The notes: generated from the sequence alone by a model not told the origin. Shown: positions 12,001-24,314, numbered from the whole stretch's first letter. The stretch: 62,683 nucleotides of DNA, filler included, from Klebsormidium nitens (GCA_000708835.1; 4 parts of 4 records of this genome joined end to end with filler, not necessarily neighbours in it), one strand, 5' to 3'. Program-made: numbers and translations.

Positions 12001-14018
12001 AAAAGCACACAGCATGGCAAAATCAGCAATCAAATCGCTGGAGTGAGGCACATGAGTTGAACTCAAGACCCTTTAGTCTACCCAAGCTGCTTCAACTCTC
12101 CATTGCCGAAGATGATACACATGCCAACACTCTGCAAAGGGAGCAAGTACCATACCTCAGTACCATTCTACAGTTCTCAACTACAGGGGTCACCTAAGAC
12201 CGACTAGCCAGCCTCCCAAGAGTGGGAGAGGTTAGACTGGAAATCAAGTGAACATGAAGCACCGCTGTCATACACCTTAGAAACGATCAGGCCTAGAAAA
12301 CGGAAAGGGGAAAGTGAGAGGTTGAACAACCTGAAAAGTTACAGAAGCGCGGATCTCGAGAAATTCACTTACTGCTTGCTGGCCTTGTCCTTCCCGCCCT
12401 TGCTTTCGGGGGGATTCTTCAGGATGTACGTCGTCAGCTTATGGCGCATGTCCACCGGCGAGACGGCTCCGCAGGCCTTGCAGAGGAGCTGAATGTTCTG
12501 CGCCTTGTCGATGTTCACGACAGTTTCGGGGTTGCCGCACGCGTAGCACTGAACAAAGCGCTTGATAAACCCCTCGAGCAGGTTAGTCAGCTTGGCAGTC
12601 TCGTGCGCGCCGTTGACTATGGAGACGCCAGTCTTCTCGTCGTGCTTGGACTGCGCGCCGAGCTCGCAGCCGAAGAACTTGGTGGTGTCTGCAGGAAGTT
12701 ACAAAAGGAATCTCAGCAAACTTGCAAGCAACGTAATTCGTGTACCAAACCTAACTTACTAAGGGAACAATCCAGGGTATCCAACGATCTCAGATACTCA
12801 GAAACTAGATGGCAGCAATCGCAAAAGCTTGTGCTTCAAACAGAAATTAGTTGTTCTGATCAAGCAAAGCAAAAGCTACTTGGGGAAAAACTCAGACCTG
12901 GCCATGGTCAAAAAATCTCCCATCAAAGCAAGCAACAGATCAGCAATCTATGATAGATTCACAAAACCTGGAAACCATTTTGAAATTTTTCGTCTGCAAG
13001 TGGTATCTGCAAGTGGTACCTTCTCAACAAATTCTCTGAACGTACTCTTGTCATGACAATTCTGAAGTCAAAGGCAAACAAGTACAAAAAGCTCGATCAG
13101 GTGAGAAGAGTTGCTTCAGTCCAACAAAAGCAACCGTTGCATCCTGCAGATTGCTAAACGGTAATGGTCATCTTCTTAAACAGTGTCCTGCAGGGTTTCT
13201 GGAGCTTCCGAACGGAACCCTAGGTCTAGCTAAGTAACCTTAGCAAGATCTGTTACTGATAAATGCTCTCATCTAAGAAAAGCACCAAACCAAGCAAGAA
13301 GATGCTTGGAAATCGAGGTCAATGATCAATGAAACTTTCAAAACGTCTGGCTGAAAACCCTCTTTCATAGAGGCAGACAATCTCCACATAATCTGCAGCC
13401 TGCAAGAACTTCAGATGCACAGAAGGAGGTCCCTCGGCCTACTCACATGATGCAGGCCGTGCTAGTGCCTTTGCCACGTCTGTCATGTTGACCAGATTTG
13501 TTCGAATCCCATTGCCTCGTCCTTCCACCTTGGTGATCAGCTTTGGCATCTTGTACCGATAAAAAGCATCGTCCTGGTTGCCGACACCGATGTTGACGAC
13601 TGCACAAAAATGCGGGATATCAGCAAACAACCTTAACAAGCAGCAAGGCACAAACTCGAGATTTTACACACTGCACATAGCATACCATGGAACTCCAGGC
13701 ATCATGATCTGACAAACAATGCGGCCAGTGTGAAATCATGTTTCTTTGTGAAACTTTTCAAAGAGTCCAACTACATGACCTGCTGTGTACGACACCGCCA
13801 AGTAGAAACAGGTACTCGAACAAAACTGGGATAGATGCCACCACAAGATTGACAGGGTGAAGCTGACACTTGGCATATAAACCTCGGAACCAGACCTACA
13901 GAAATTTACACTCAATATTCTTACAAATTCCCCATGATCCCGAGGAGCCTGATACGCTTTTTCCATGTATAGAATGACACTCAGTTTAATGTGCTTTCTG
14001 ATACTTACCTCCCGCCAT
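9093..14018 (-). CDS. EIF5: Eukaryotic translation initiation factor 5 (GAP for eIF2; N-terminal eIF5/eIF2B Zn domain, C-terminal W2 domain)
   Basis: Exons 14018-14009, 13599-13447, 12688-12373, 11666-11409, 10970-10804, 10160-10038, 9469-9093 with GT/AG ends. Motifs [51 protein letters not shown]-terminal EEVILEWY...[20 protein letters not shown]. Confidence 0.97.
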
Positions 14019-14953
14019 GATTGCAAATCAAGTGCAACTGCCTTCGCCTCCCCTTCAGAAATCCGCTCTGCACCAGAATCTGTGAGCAGCCAGCGCGTCT
14101 GACCTCAGCTCCCCCTCCGTCTCGGTCTCTGAGCGGCAGTCGCACGCTGCCAAGAGTGTGCACTGAAGAGATGCATGTACAGGGCTCGGCCGAATCAAAC
14201 ATACAATACCGATGGAGGCAGTCTGGCCAAGGCCAAGGGTTTTCAGGCGTTGCAGTGCGAAGGACGACTGGCTGCAGCAGAGAGGAGGACCTTTGCGGCT
14301 GCCCGTAGCTCCAAGAAGCAAGGCAACGTTGAAGAGCGACTGTTATGATGCAGAAGGCGCCCAAGGAGATGCTTGTCGCTCGTGCTTGGACTTGTTCAGC
14401 AAGGAAACTTTTCGAAGGGGAAAAGGTTCGATCTGTTGTGAATCCGGTGCATACTGGGAAGCGATAGCCATGGGCCAATACGATTAACTTGGCTCTTATA
14501 GCCTGTTATAGGCCGGTTGGAACTCGGATCCTACACGTGCTTATACCTAAGTTTTAGAAGATTGGGTACGCGTACGCCGTACGGTACGAACGAATAGGTT
14601 TGAATGAGAATTAAAGCTTGAACCTGGTGCTTGTACGCATACATAAGGTTATGCTGCATATATCATTGTTTACAGCTTATATCGTTCATGAATCTTTGCG
14701 GTACGTACCTTTCGGGAGCGAAGGTGCACTTCCCAGCATGGGATGTCTGTGTCGGAGTCTGTCCAGCTCCTGACTCGGAAGTCTTGAACTGGAAGGTTCT
14801 CTCACGTCCACCTCGTAAGCGCAGGCAGGCGCAGTCTACGACAGGGGATTGGAAGATTGGCGGCGTCTTTCGAAAATATCACGCTTCTAGACGAGGCTGG
14901 TGCACAACATTGTGGTCAACAATTGGATCTGCGGCAGCCACCAAATCTGCGGG

Positions 14954-17900
14954 ATGGCACGGCCGATATATTGTGGTAAGAACTCGTGTTCTCTGCTTTT
15001 GCGGCTGAATCTAAGTAAACTTGCAGATTACAGCTGCTGGCTGCAATTGGACAGGTTTCTGGTTGCATTTTCAGAGGTCAGAGCTACTTTCCTTGGCCCC
15101 ACCTTCACCTCATCTTCACTTCAAATATGATGGTTTCTTATCAAAATCTTCTCTTCATCGTGCAGGTAATTTTGAGTACGATGCGCGCCCAAGTGAGATT
15201 GAGAAACTGTTCTCAGAATTTGGCAGGGTGGAGCGCGTGGACATGAAGATGGGTAAGTTCCTTCTCCATGATCAGCCTCAGTTGCTTCCTCTTACCTGCA
15301 CGTGAGGCTTCCAAGTTTGTGGTTCAAAGTCACTCCCATTCTGCAATGTTTGAGATTGGTGTAGTTCACATCATGTCAAAGGATTGGTCCCGGTTTTGTA
15401 CATTGAGCATTGACTGTGTGCTTTCATCAAAGCACACCAGATGAAGGCCTGCAATTGTAAAGTTTGAACTATCTTCAATAACACACTCAATCTCCCAGTT
15501 GTTTGTCTGAAACTAAGATCACTTGAGAGACCTGCTCCTTTTGGCAACAGCTCGAGGACTAGCCTCGCTTGGGGCCAACCAATGCGCCACCTTGCTCCTC
15601 CGTACTACTGCATTCAAGGCCAGCTTGTCCAGTCTGACCGGCTACCTCAACATTCTACCAACCAAGTCACTCAAAGAAGCTTCACGACTACCCAAAGACA
15701 AAGACGCCCTTTCGAAGAAGCCTTTTGACTACTAAGAGACGCCCTTTCAAAGACGAGCGCCATCCTTCCTGCCTCCTGACATCAGTCCTGACATCACTCG
15801 TGTGGCTACTGGCATCAGTCTACAAGTCCATCCCCTTTGAAAGCCATGCGACTTGCTACCTTGGCCTCCTTCTAACTAGCAGAGCAACAGGGGCAGCATA
15901 CCATCACTTCAAGATGGTAAGCAAGTTGGAACACATTTCCGGGATTCCATCTTTGAATTTCCCTCCGGATGTGCAATCTGCTGACGGTGATTGTTTGCAG
16001 GGGTTCTGCAAAATTGTCCACGGTCCTGGTTGTTCCCCGCAGGTCTGCATCCAAAAGCAAGCTTCTTCTGAGTTTCTTATATCATCAACTACCATTTTTA
16101 CCATTGCTGCAGAGTCACTGTATGTGCAGGCCCAGGGCAGACAAATCAAAGCATTGATACTTGAAGGAGCAAAAGATAAGCACGTGTGAAACGTTTGTTT
16201 CAAGTATCTCCAACCAGCAACGGCACAGTTCACACCTACCCTCTTTCTTTGGCGCAATCTCAAGATAGACGAACCGAAAATCTGGATGGACAGCGGGTCT
16301 AGTAAACTAATTGGTGATGCTTTGCTGTTTCGCACAGGGTTTGCTTTTGTCTACATGGAGAGCGAGCGGGATGCAGAGGACGCGATTCACAAGTTGGACG
16401 GCACCGAGTTTGGCTACAAGAGGCGGCGCCTGTCGGTCGAATGGTCGAAGGTGGGTGCCGAGCATTCTCCGCCTTGCTTTGGAAGAATCTTTGCAAGTTC
16501 TCTGACCATTGGAAGATGTCACATTATCAGTGGATCTGCACAACGCATTTTGTTTTTTGGAGTGAGCTGACAATGAGCAGCTGTGGAAGCGCTCTACACA
16601 TGCAACCCAACTGAGACGTGGGAGTTCAATCTTTATTGGAGCGTGCCCTCCCTGCAGTGCAACGGCACGTTCATGTACGCAATTGCCTTTTCCCTGCAAG
16701 AAAAAGCAACCTCTTACTAAAGAAATGGCAACTTCGTCACAGGGTGATGGCAGTGTGAAGGCGCGCGAGGACGCGCGCCGCGACGTTGTCAAGACCCGGC
16801 CGTCCAAGACGCTCTTTGTGGTCAACTTCGACCCGATCGAGACGACGACGCGCGACATCGAGAAGCACTTCGAGGAGTTCGGGCGCCTGACGCGGTGCCA
16901 GATCCGCAAGAACTTTGCGTTTGTCTGCTACGAGACGGTGGAGGATGCGACGCGGGCGCTCGAGGCGCTCGATGGCAGGTGAGTGCTGAGTGACATTTTT
17001 TGCCCTGACCGTGCTTGGTTCAGGCCCTCGTTTAGAAGACGATTCAAATCAGAATGTTCCTTTTGTTTGATACAAGATGGTGGAGGATGCAACGCCGGGG
17101 CTCAATGGCAGGTGAGTGCTGACCCACCCTCTTCCTTTTTATCATACTTGGTTAAGGCCATCTCATCGATCAGCAAGGAGGTGGAATGAGGCATTTGCCG
17201 GCAACGAGCCGGTGAGGGATCTAGAAGGTCTCTTGAGGCACTTCGGGGAAGCCTGAGCGCTTTCTCAGCCTTGTTGGTAAGTTGAACGGCTCCTTTCAAC
17301 CAGGGAAACGGGCCATTCACTCTTGAGCAGGAATTCGTCAGCAAAGGTTTGCAATAATGTACGAGCAAGAGGAGATTGCAACGAGGGCACCTAACCAGAC
17401 ACGAAGTGTGGAACGCTCAATGGGTATGATGCTGACCGGTGCTTGATAGAGGCAGATTGCCAGAGGAAAGCTGGATGAGATGGTTCGAGACCCAATTTTT
17501 TTCTGAGCTTTTTGAGTTTGTCGCCCTTTCATTTGGGCTCTATGCAGAGTCAATCGTCCTTTTGCCATGCGCTACGATCAAAGGGCCCCCTTCTTTTTGA
17601 TTATGCTCCTCGTCTTCTGCCATTTTCTTAAGATCTCATCTCAGATGATGCCCGTAAAACCCAAGAGTAACTAAACTGTTCTTTCCGTTCTCTGCAGAGA
17701 GCTGATGGGCAGAATCCTGACCGTTCAGTACAGTAGCGGAGAGGACCGCTATGGAGGCGGAGGCGGAGGTGGCTCTGGCGGCGGGGGCCACGGGGGAGAC
17801 TCGTACGAGAGGCGCAGGTCGCCCCCCCGCCATCGCAGGTCAGGATAGTGCGAATGACTGAGTCGCGCCAGGATATCGTCTCATCTGGGGTACTATCAGC

Positions 17901-18330
17901 ATTTCCCCTCTGTTGGCTTGTCCTTGCGCCATGGGCGCAGGTGTCTGAGCGAGCCGGAGCTTGCCTAAGCGACCATCCACCATCATTTGTGGCCAAATTG
18001 GCTAAAACCTCCAGCATATGTGTTCATGTACGTCGTCTCACAATCTGCCGAATTTCCTTGTACATTCCGTCCTGACTCCAAGGCGAAGCTGCTTTGCCAA
18101 GTCGATGGGTCGCGATTTCCTTCTGCAGTGGCTCAGTCTTTGTCATAGAGTGGTGTCGCTTGACCTTTTTCTGATGCCCTTTTGTCGTCATTTTAGTTGG
18201 GATCGTAGAAAGATTGTTTTATCATTCTGTTTGCAGCCGCTCTCCACCCCGGCGGTATAGGAGCAGGTCGCCGGATTACCGCCCCTATGGACGAGGCAGG
18301 AGCCGATCTCCTGACTACCGCAGAAGGTAA
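14954..18330 (+). CDS. RS31: Plant RS-subfamily SR splicing factor (RS31/RS40/RS41-like; two RRMs plus RS domain)
   Basis: Exons 14954-14975, 15166-15252, 16338-16450, 16743-16978, 17698-17838, 18237-18330. MARPIYCG|[21 protein letters not shown]|[30 protein letters not shown]; second [15 protein letters not shown]; SPPR/RSRSPDY tail. The last exon could instead splice at 18327. Symbol indicates the subfamily, not proven orthology. Confidence 0.93.
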
Positions 18331-19689
18331 CGTTGAAGGCTAAGGTTCCCGCCCTGCTTCAGTAATCCTGAACCGTCTTTGCTTGATGTCAAGTAGCGGC
18401 TAATAGGCTACTCACATCCAGGGGTTTTACGTTAGTAAAATATCAATGTGCTTGGTCCTATCTGTGCACAAAGTCGGAAAGGGTTGCGAGTGCATCGGAC
18501 TGCACTTGCAGTGTCTTGCCGCACCTATTTGTTTAAGCGATCGGTCACTGCACTTGGTGCAATTCTACATAGCTCAACCCACGGTTTGTTTCGCGCATGC
18601 AATCGATCCTGTCAGCATCAATACTGAAATGAACGTTCGCACAATGTTGTCGTCCTGATTTCGCGCATCGGCATGTAAATTCGGCCCAAGCAGGACGGTC
18701 ATCAAGCTGCACGGCGACTGCAGTCACATCTGCTTGAGTTCCGAAGTTAAATTGCGGCGACGGTATGTATATTGCACATGTTCGCGATCATATGATGCAT
18801 CTAGTACCGGTGCCACGCTGGACATGGCTGCCGAGTCAAGTCCGGCGGCGAATCTGTGGGCATGCTACTACTATAAGACTAGTCCGTTGAATCAGTTGCA
18901 TATACATGCATGTGAGTCACTTGGATAAATGTAATCGCGGGGCAGTATGGCAGCGGCGGCCGCTGCAGCACGGAACTGAGCCCATGCATGTTAAGTTGCT
19001 CAGCTTGCAATTGGATGAGTCGATCAGCATGGCCAGATCCTCGCGCAGCATGGCTGCCGCACAATCGCTCCAACACCACCGTCGGCCGCGGCCCGGCCGC
19101 GCGCCATGCATTTGATTAATATCCAAGATCAATCGATCATTTGATCAATGATAATCATGATTCGTGCTTGCGTCTGACACACATGGTTAAATATTGATCG
19201 AGTACGGTCGCGATATAGCCACATTGTCGGAATAATGGCCGATCGCGAGCTCTAGCCTGCGGTATATCCGACGTTGAATCTAGCTATAAGAATTTTTCGG
19301 AGGTGTACTAATACTAGTAGCTAGAGAAGTTAGATTTAGATGATTTAACGTCGGTTCGGAGCCGTGGTCGGCTAAGTCGACGACGGCCGGTGGTGTACGG
19401 TCTACTATTGCTAAGCTATAGTGCCGGTGACCAAAATGAATATACCATATATCACGTCCGACTATATAGTGTACTATATAATGCGCTGTAATATATATGG
19501 CCCGCACTATAACGTATTCGCATGACACTAATCATTGGTGCCAATGTCGCGCTAAACCTCATCTAGCCTATCCATCTCGGCTACTCTATGTCAACGGGCG
19601 TGCCGGCCGCACCGCCCCATCCCCTCCTGTGCACGCCCGCGGGCACACCTATGGGCCGGACTCGCCCCGCGGGTCAATCTGCGCCACCT

Positions 19690-19830
19690 GGCAGTGACTG
19701 ACCACAGTACCAATCCCCATCGGGGACTGCCCCCAACGGCTGTGGCAGGCACTCCAGGTGCCACCCCGCCCCGCACCCATCGCACAGGAGCATGCGCGCC
19801 GCTCCACTTGACTTGCGGCACCTAGTGCAC
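19690..19830 (-). pseudogene. PHD finger (C4HC3) at the integrase C-terminus
   Basis: CTRC..MLLCDGCGAGWHLECLPQPLGAVPDGDWYC(GHC); the final CxxC is restored by removing a 4-bp duplication at 19695-19702. Confidence 0.88.
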
Positions 19831-19959
19831 GCAAAATCAGCTGAGGGCACCGCCACCCGTGGGCCCGTCCAGCCGTCCGTCAATGTCAGCTCTGTGGCAC
19901 GGGGCGCACCTCTCCATGTGCACCCTGACTGTCCGCGCGTCAGCCCCCTCCAGCTCCAG

Positions 19960-21600
19960 GACACCGTCCGTTGGCCGCCACCTCGCGCACCCTGAGGATG
20001 TGCGGCCCCGCCCGCGTGTCCAGCGTATCCAGCATCTCTCGCTGCAGGTACACGTAGTCCCCCGGCTCGTACCTGACTGCCTGCGGCTTCCAGGCACCGC
20101 TCCGCGTCTTGGCATACCGGAGGGTGTCGCGGTGCTGGGCGATCTCCAGGTTGCCCATCGCCATGGGCATCCACCGTTCGAACAGCTTCGCGCGCTCCGC
20201 CACCAGCGCTACCAGCCGCTCCTCGTTGTCCAGGTCCAGGGGCTCAGCGATCTCCACCTTGATGGCCCCTGGGACCACGGGAGACCGTCCGTGCACGAGC
20301 TGGTACGAGGAGAACGATGCCAGTGACGCCTGCGTGCTGAAGTTGTACCCCATGGCCACCCAGGGGAGGTAAAGGTCCCAGTCCTCCGCTGCGTGCCCCA
20401 GGCACCACTTGCGCAGCGCCCGCTTGACCACCTGGACTACGCGTTCACTCAGCCCGTTCGCCTGCGGGTGGTGGGCGGACGTGGCCCTGTGGTCCACCAA
20501 CGCCGCGTCCAGGCACGCCTGGAACTCTGCAGCGAACTCCCCGCCCCTGTCCGTCACCACCTCTGCGGGCGCTCCAAACCGCGTCAGCACCTCCCGCGTG
20601 AACGCCTCTGCCACCGTGGAGGGCTCCTTATCTTGCGTGGGAACCAGGGACACGGTCTTGCTGAAGTGCTCCACCAGCACCAGCACGTAGTGGTTCCCCC
20701 GCCGGGAGCGCGGCAGCGGCCCCGCGAAGTCAAGACCCCACCGGTAGAACAGCCCTTTGATGGGCAGGGGTTGGAGCGTGGGGTGCTTCGCGTTGAACGC
20801 GGCCCTCACCCGGTCGCACGCCTCACACCCCCTCAGCGCCTTCCCCACGTCCGCCGCCAGGCCCACCCACCAATAGTGCGGCCTCAGCAACGACAGCGTC
20901 TTGCGTGCTCCCATGTGCCCTGCTCGCTCGTGCACGTCCTTAACCAGTCGCACCCTGACCTCCGGTCGTGGGACCACCCGCACCTGGCCACCCGATACCA
21001 GGCTGCGTACAAGGTGGTCCCCCCTCCACTCGTAGCCCCGCGCGCGGTGCTGCAGCCGATCTCTCTCCCTTGGCGCGCAGCGAAGGGGGTACCCGTCCCC
21101 CTTGAGCACTCCCAGCAGGGCCTCATCGGCCCACACGTCCACGGGGGCCAAAGCGCCCACCAGGCCGTCTGCCCCGCTCACCACGGCTGCGCTGGGCTGC
21201 CAAGACAGGCAGGCCGCCGCCGACCAGACCGGCGCGCTCTCGCTCTCCAGCTCCCCTTTCTGCCGCACCCCCGTGCTATCCTCTTGGCTCTCCCTGGGGT
21301 ACCGGCTGAGGCAATCCATCTCGTTGTCCACCCCGGGCTTGTGCTTCACCTCGAAGTCAAACTCACTCAGCAGTAGTGCCCACCGCGCCAACTTGCCTGT
21401 GAGCTTCGAGTTGGTGAGGATCCACTTCAGCGGTTGGTGGTCGCTCTCCAGTACGAACCGTTCCCCGTACAAGTACTGGCGCCAGAACCGCACGAAGTAG
21501 ACCGCGGCCAGGAGCTCGCCCTCAAAGCTGCTGTACCGGGACTCCGCCTGGTTGCAGCTGCGACTCCCGTAGGCCACCACCCGCTCCAGTCCCTGCTCGT
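19960..21600 (-). pseudogene. Gypsy RNase H and integrase (HHCC, DDE, GPY/F)
   Basis: YSSFEGELLA, SDHQPLKW, KLARWALLL; HERAGHMG..CEAC; WGLDFAG, VVTDRGGEF, HPQANGLSER; AGPHIL. Confidence 0.95.
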
Positions 21601-22640
21601 CCTCCTGTAGCAGGACCCCACCCACGCCGCGCTTACTCCAGTCACAGCGGACGCGAAACGGCCGCCCCCGCCTGGGGAGCGCTAGTACAGGGCTCCCCTG
21701 CAGGGCCTGCTTGAGGGCCTGGAAGGCGCTCTCTTGCTCCTCTCCCCAGCGCCACGACACCCCCTTCTTCGTCAGCTCGTTTAGCGGGGCCTGCACCCGG
21801 CTGCACTCCGGGATAAACTGGCGGTACTAGTAGTTTACCACCCCGGAGAAGGCACGCACTGACGTGACATCGGTGGGCCTTGGGAGTGCGGCTATCGCAG
21901 CCACCTTCGCCACCTGCGGGGACACGACCCCTGGCCGCAGCCACATCCCGAGGTACTCCACCAAATCCGCGCCGAAACAACATTTCTCCGGGTGGCACTT
22001 CAGGCCCACCTCCCGCAGCCTGTCCAGTACCCTCTGCACTAGCTCCATGTGCTCCTCGAGGGTCTCCCCGCCTGCCACCAGCAAGTCATCTACGAAACTG
22101 CGTGCAAACCCCTCCAGCCCCCGCAGCGTCCGATCTATCGCCCGCTGGAACCAGGCGCTGGCGTTCCTTGCCCCAAAAGGGCAGCGCTTCCAGCAGTAGA
22201 GCTTGTTGCTGCTCCAAAAGGCCAGCTTCCTCCTGTCCTGCTTCCTCACCACCAGCTGGTGGAACGCCCCCCTCACGTCGATCGTCGAGTAGAACCGTGC
22301 GTGCCCCAGCCCCTCAAGCACGTCCTCCGGCAGCGGCATGGGGTAGCGGTCCTGCGCGGTCTGCTCGTTGACCCGCCTTAGATCGGTGTAGAACCGAGCC
22401 AACTTCCAATTCCCCTCTGGGTCTTTCTTGGCGGCCATCACCGAGTTGGCCGCGAAGTCTGACTCGCACTCCTCGATTATCCCTGCCTTCTCCAGCTCCT
22501 GGCACCGCTCATCGACAAGTTCCCACTCCCGCGCGATGTGCTTCCTCCTTCGCTCAAAGATTGGCTGCTCCGTTTTCAGGTCCAGCTCGACCTCGAATAG
22601 CTTGAACTCCCCTATCTCTTCCAAGCTAAACGCGAACACA
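21600..22640 (-). pseudogene. Gypsy reverse transcriptase and start of RNase H
   Basis: RFYTDLRRVN, DRYPMP, YSTIDVRGAFHQ, CPFGARNA, SFVDDLLV, LKCHPEKC, VEYLG; in-frame TAG at 21827-21829 inside VNY*YRQFIP; RNase H VRCDWSKRGVGGVL. Confidence 0.95.
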
Positions 22641-23039
22641 TCCCTGTTCTTTTCCGCCACCGCCGCCGCGTACTCCCGCTTTTCTTCGTTAAGCTGGGCC
22701 CCCACCGTCCAGCCCTTCCCTGCCACCGTTCCCCTTGGCGGCCCCGGCCCCTCCAGCTGCGCCCCACCACCAGCGCCAGCTCCTGGCCCCTGCCTTGACT
22801 GCTCCTGCTCCCCCGGCTTGGACACCGCACTGGCTTCTCCCCTGGCCTGCGCCGACGCGGCCTCCAACAAAGCTTCTACGCTCCGCCCTGCCAGCTGCTC
22901 GTACCCCACCGCTCCTGCTGCCAGCTCTGCCTCATTGCGCCCATGCCTGGCGCTGCCTGCCACCCCCTCAGCTTCCCTCAACCGTGCGCCGCTTGCTGCC
23001 GCCCTGGCCCGGGCCTCCCCTCCTGCCCTGCACGCCGCC

Positions 23040-24005
23040 AGCAGCCACATCACGGTGTTGAGGTCCATCGTTTGGCCAAGCAGCTCGCGCCTCAGATTCT
23101 CAGAGACGCCCGGGGCGGCAGTGAACCCACGCGGGAAGCCCATCGCCAGCTCTCGCTCTTCAGCGGTGGGTTCTTCAAACGTCACTTGGCCGCCTGGGCG
23201 CTCACAGCGCAGCACCCCCCCGCCCGCACGCGAGAAGGCGTATGAGCCACTGTAGCTGACAAAAGTGTTGAGCGCCCTCCGCGCCTCCCCTGGCCGTTCC
23301 ACCTTCGCCCACGGGGCTACTCCCTCGCTCCGCGGCTGCTTCGCCCTGCGCCCTGCCCCCAGCACCTGGCCCACAAATAGCCCCTCCGGACGCTTCTGTT
23401 GGCTTAAGGCCTCACGAAGGAGCGCCATCCCTTCTAAGTTCGTCCACCAGGCCCGCAGCCTGTGCGCCCGGGACCCCAGCTGCGCCGCGTCTACCACCAC
23501 CTCTGGCCCTAACAGCCCGCGTACAGCCTCGTAGTGCTCCCTGACCTTGGGCCGCTTATCGAACCCTGCGGCCACGTGCTCTATCAGGTATCCGAGCTGC
23601 CGTCCCCAGCCTTGGTGCAGCGCCTGCAGGTTGCGCATAACGCGCAGAAGCTCCACCACCAGGCCTGACCGTCCGTCGTCCAACCCCTGCCCCGTTCCGG
23701 CCGCACTGCTGCCCTGGCAAGGCCACCCCGCGACGACTAGGTCCACCGGCCCCAGTTCGCTCAGCTGCTCGCGCGTGACTAGCCTGATGTCCTGGGGCAG
23801 GCGGTGATGAAGCTGCGCCGCCGCGCGGCAAGCCACCTGCCCTGGGAACTCCTCAGTGCGCCAGCTGCGTCAGGGAGTGCGCGTGAACCTGCCGCGCCAC
23901 GCTACGCAGCTCACACGCCACCACCTCCCCGACCTGGTATCCCACCCGCGCCAGCGCCTGCGTGGCCGCCCCCACCCCCGCAAACAACTCCAACACACGC
24001 AGGGG
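23040..24005 (-). pseudogene. DNMT3-like cytosine-5 methyltransferase domain within the Gypsy polyprotein
   Basis: Motif I RVLELFAGVG (~23975-24000), motif II ACE, motif IV DLVVAGWPCQ (~23714-23740), motif VI YLIEHV, motif VIII AHRLRAWWTNL, motif IX/X ERELAMGFPRGFT..RRELLGQTMD. Frameshift at ~23855. Confidence 0.9.
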
Positions 24006-24314
24006 CCTGTCCCGCGGCAGGGGCTGAATCACGCGCCAGTCCAGGGGCTGACACCCGCGCAGCTGTTCTATTTCTATCCTCTGCGGCACCGCCACCTTTC
24101 TCCGCTTCTCCCCTATCGCTCTCTTAACCGCGGCCTCCGCCTCCCGCGTCACATCCAGTGGTGGGCCTCGCGGCCACCGCCTCGCGCGCCACTTGTCCAC
24201 CCTGTCAACCTTTGCCCGCCTCCGCGCAGCATCATCGTGGGGGACACCGGGGCCAGCGCTGCTCCCCTGCTCCTGACTCCCGCCTTCGCCTGCCCCCTCG
24301 TCCCCCGCTTCTCT

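Noticed and set aside
13499-13510. GTTCGAATCCC, resembling a tRNA T-loop
   Set aside because: Lies inside an eIF5 coding exon (GNGIRTN) with no cloverleaf around it.
14001-14011. ATACTTACCT, matching the 5' end of U1 snRNA
   Set aside because: It is the reverse complement of a perfect 5' splice site of eIF5 intron 1; downstream sequence is not U1.
19100-19612. Possible 3' LTR of the Gypsy element
   Set aside because: A PPT-like tract is present, but no matching second copy or clear TG..CA unit can be shown, and the sequence beyond is AT-rich and decayed.
20393-23255. Long + strand ORFs 20393-21376 and 22428-23255
   Set aside because: Antisense shadows of the GC-rich Gypsy pol with no recognisable motifs.
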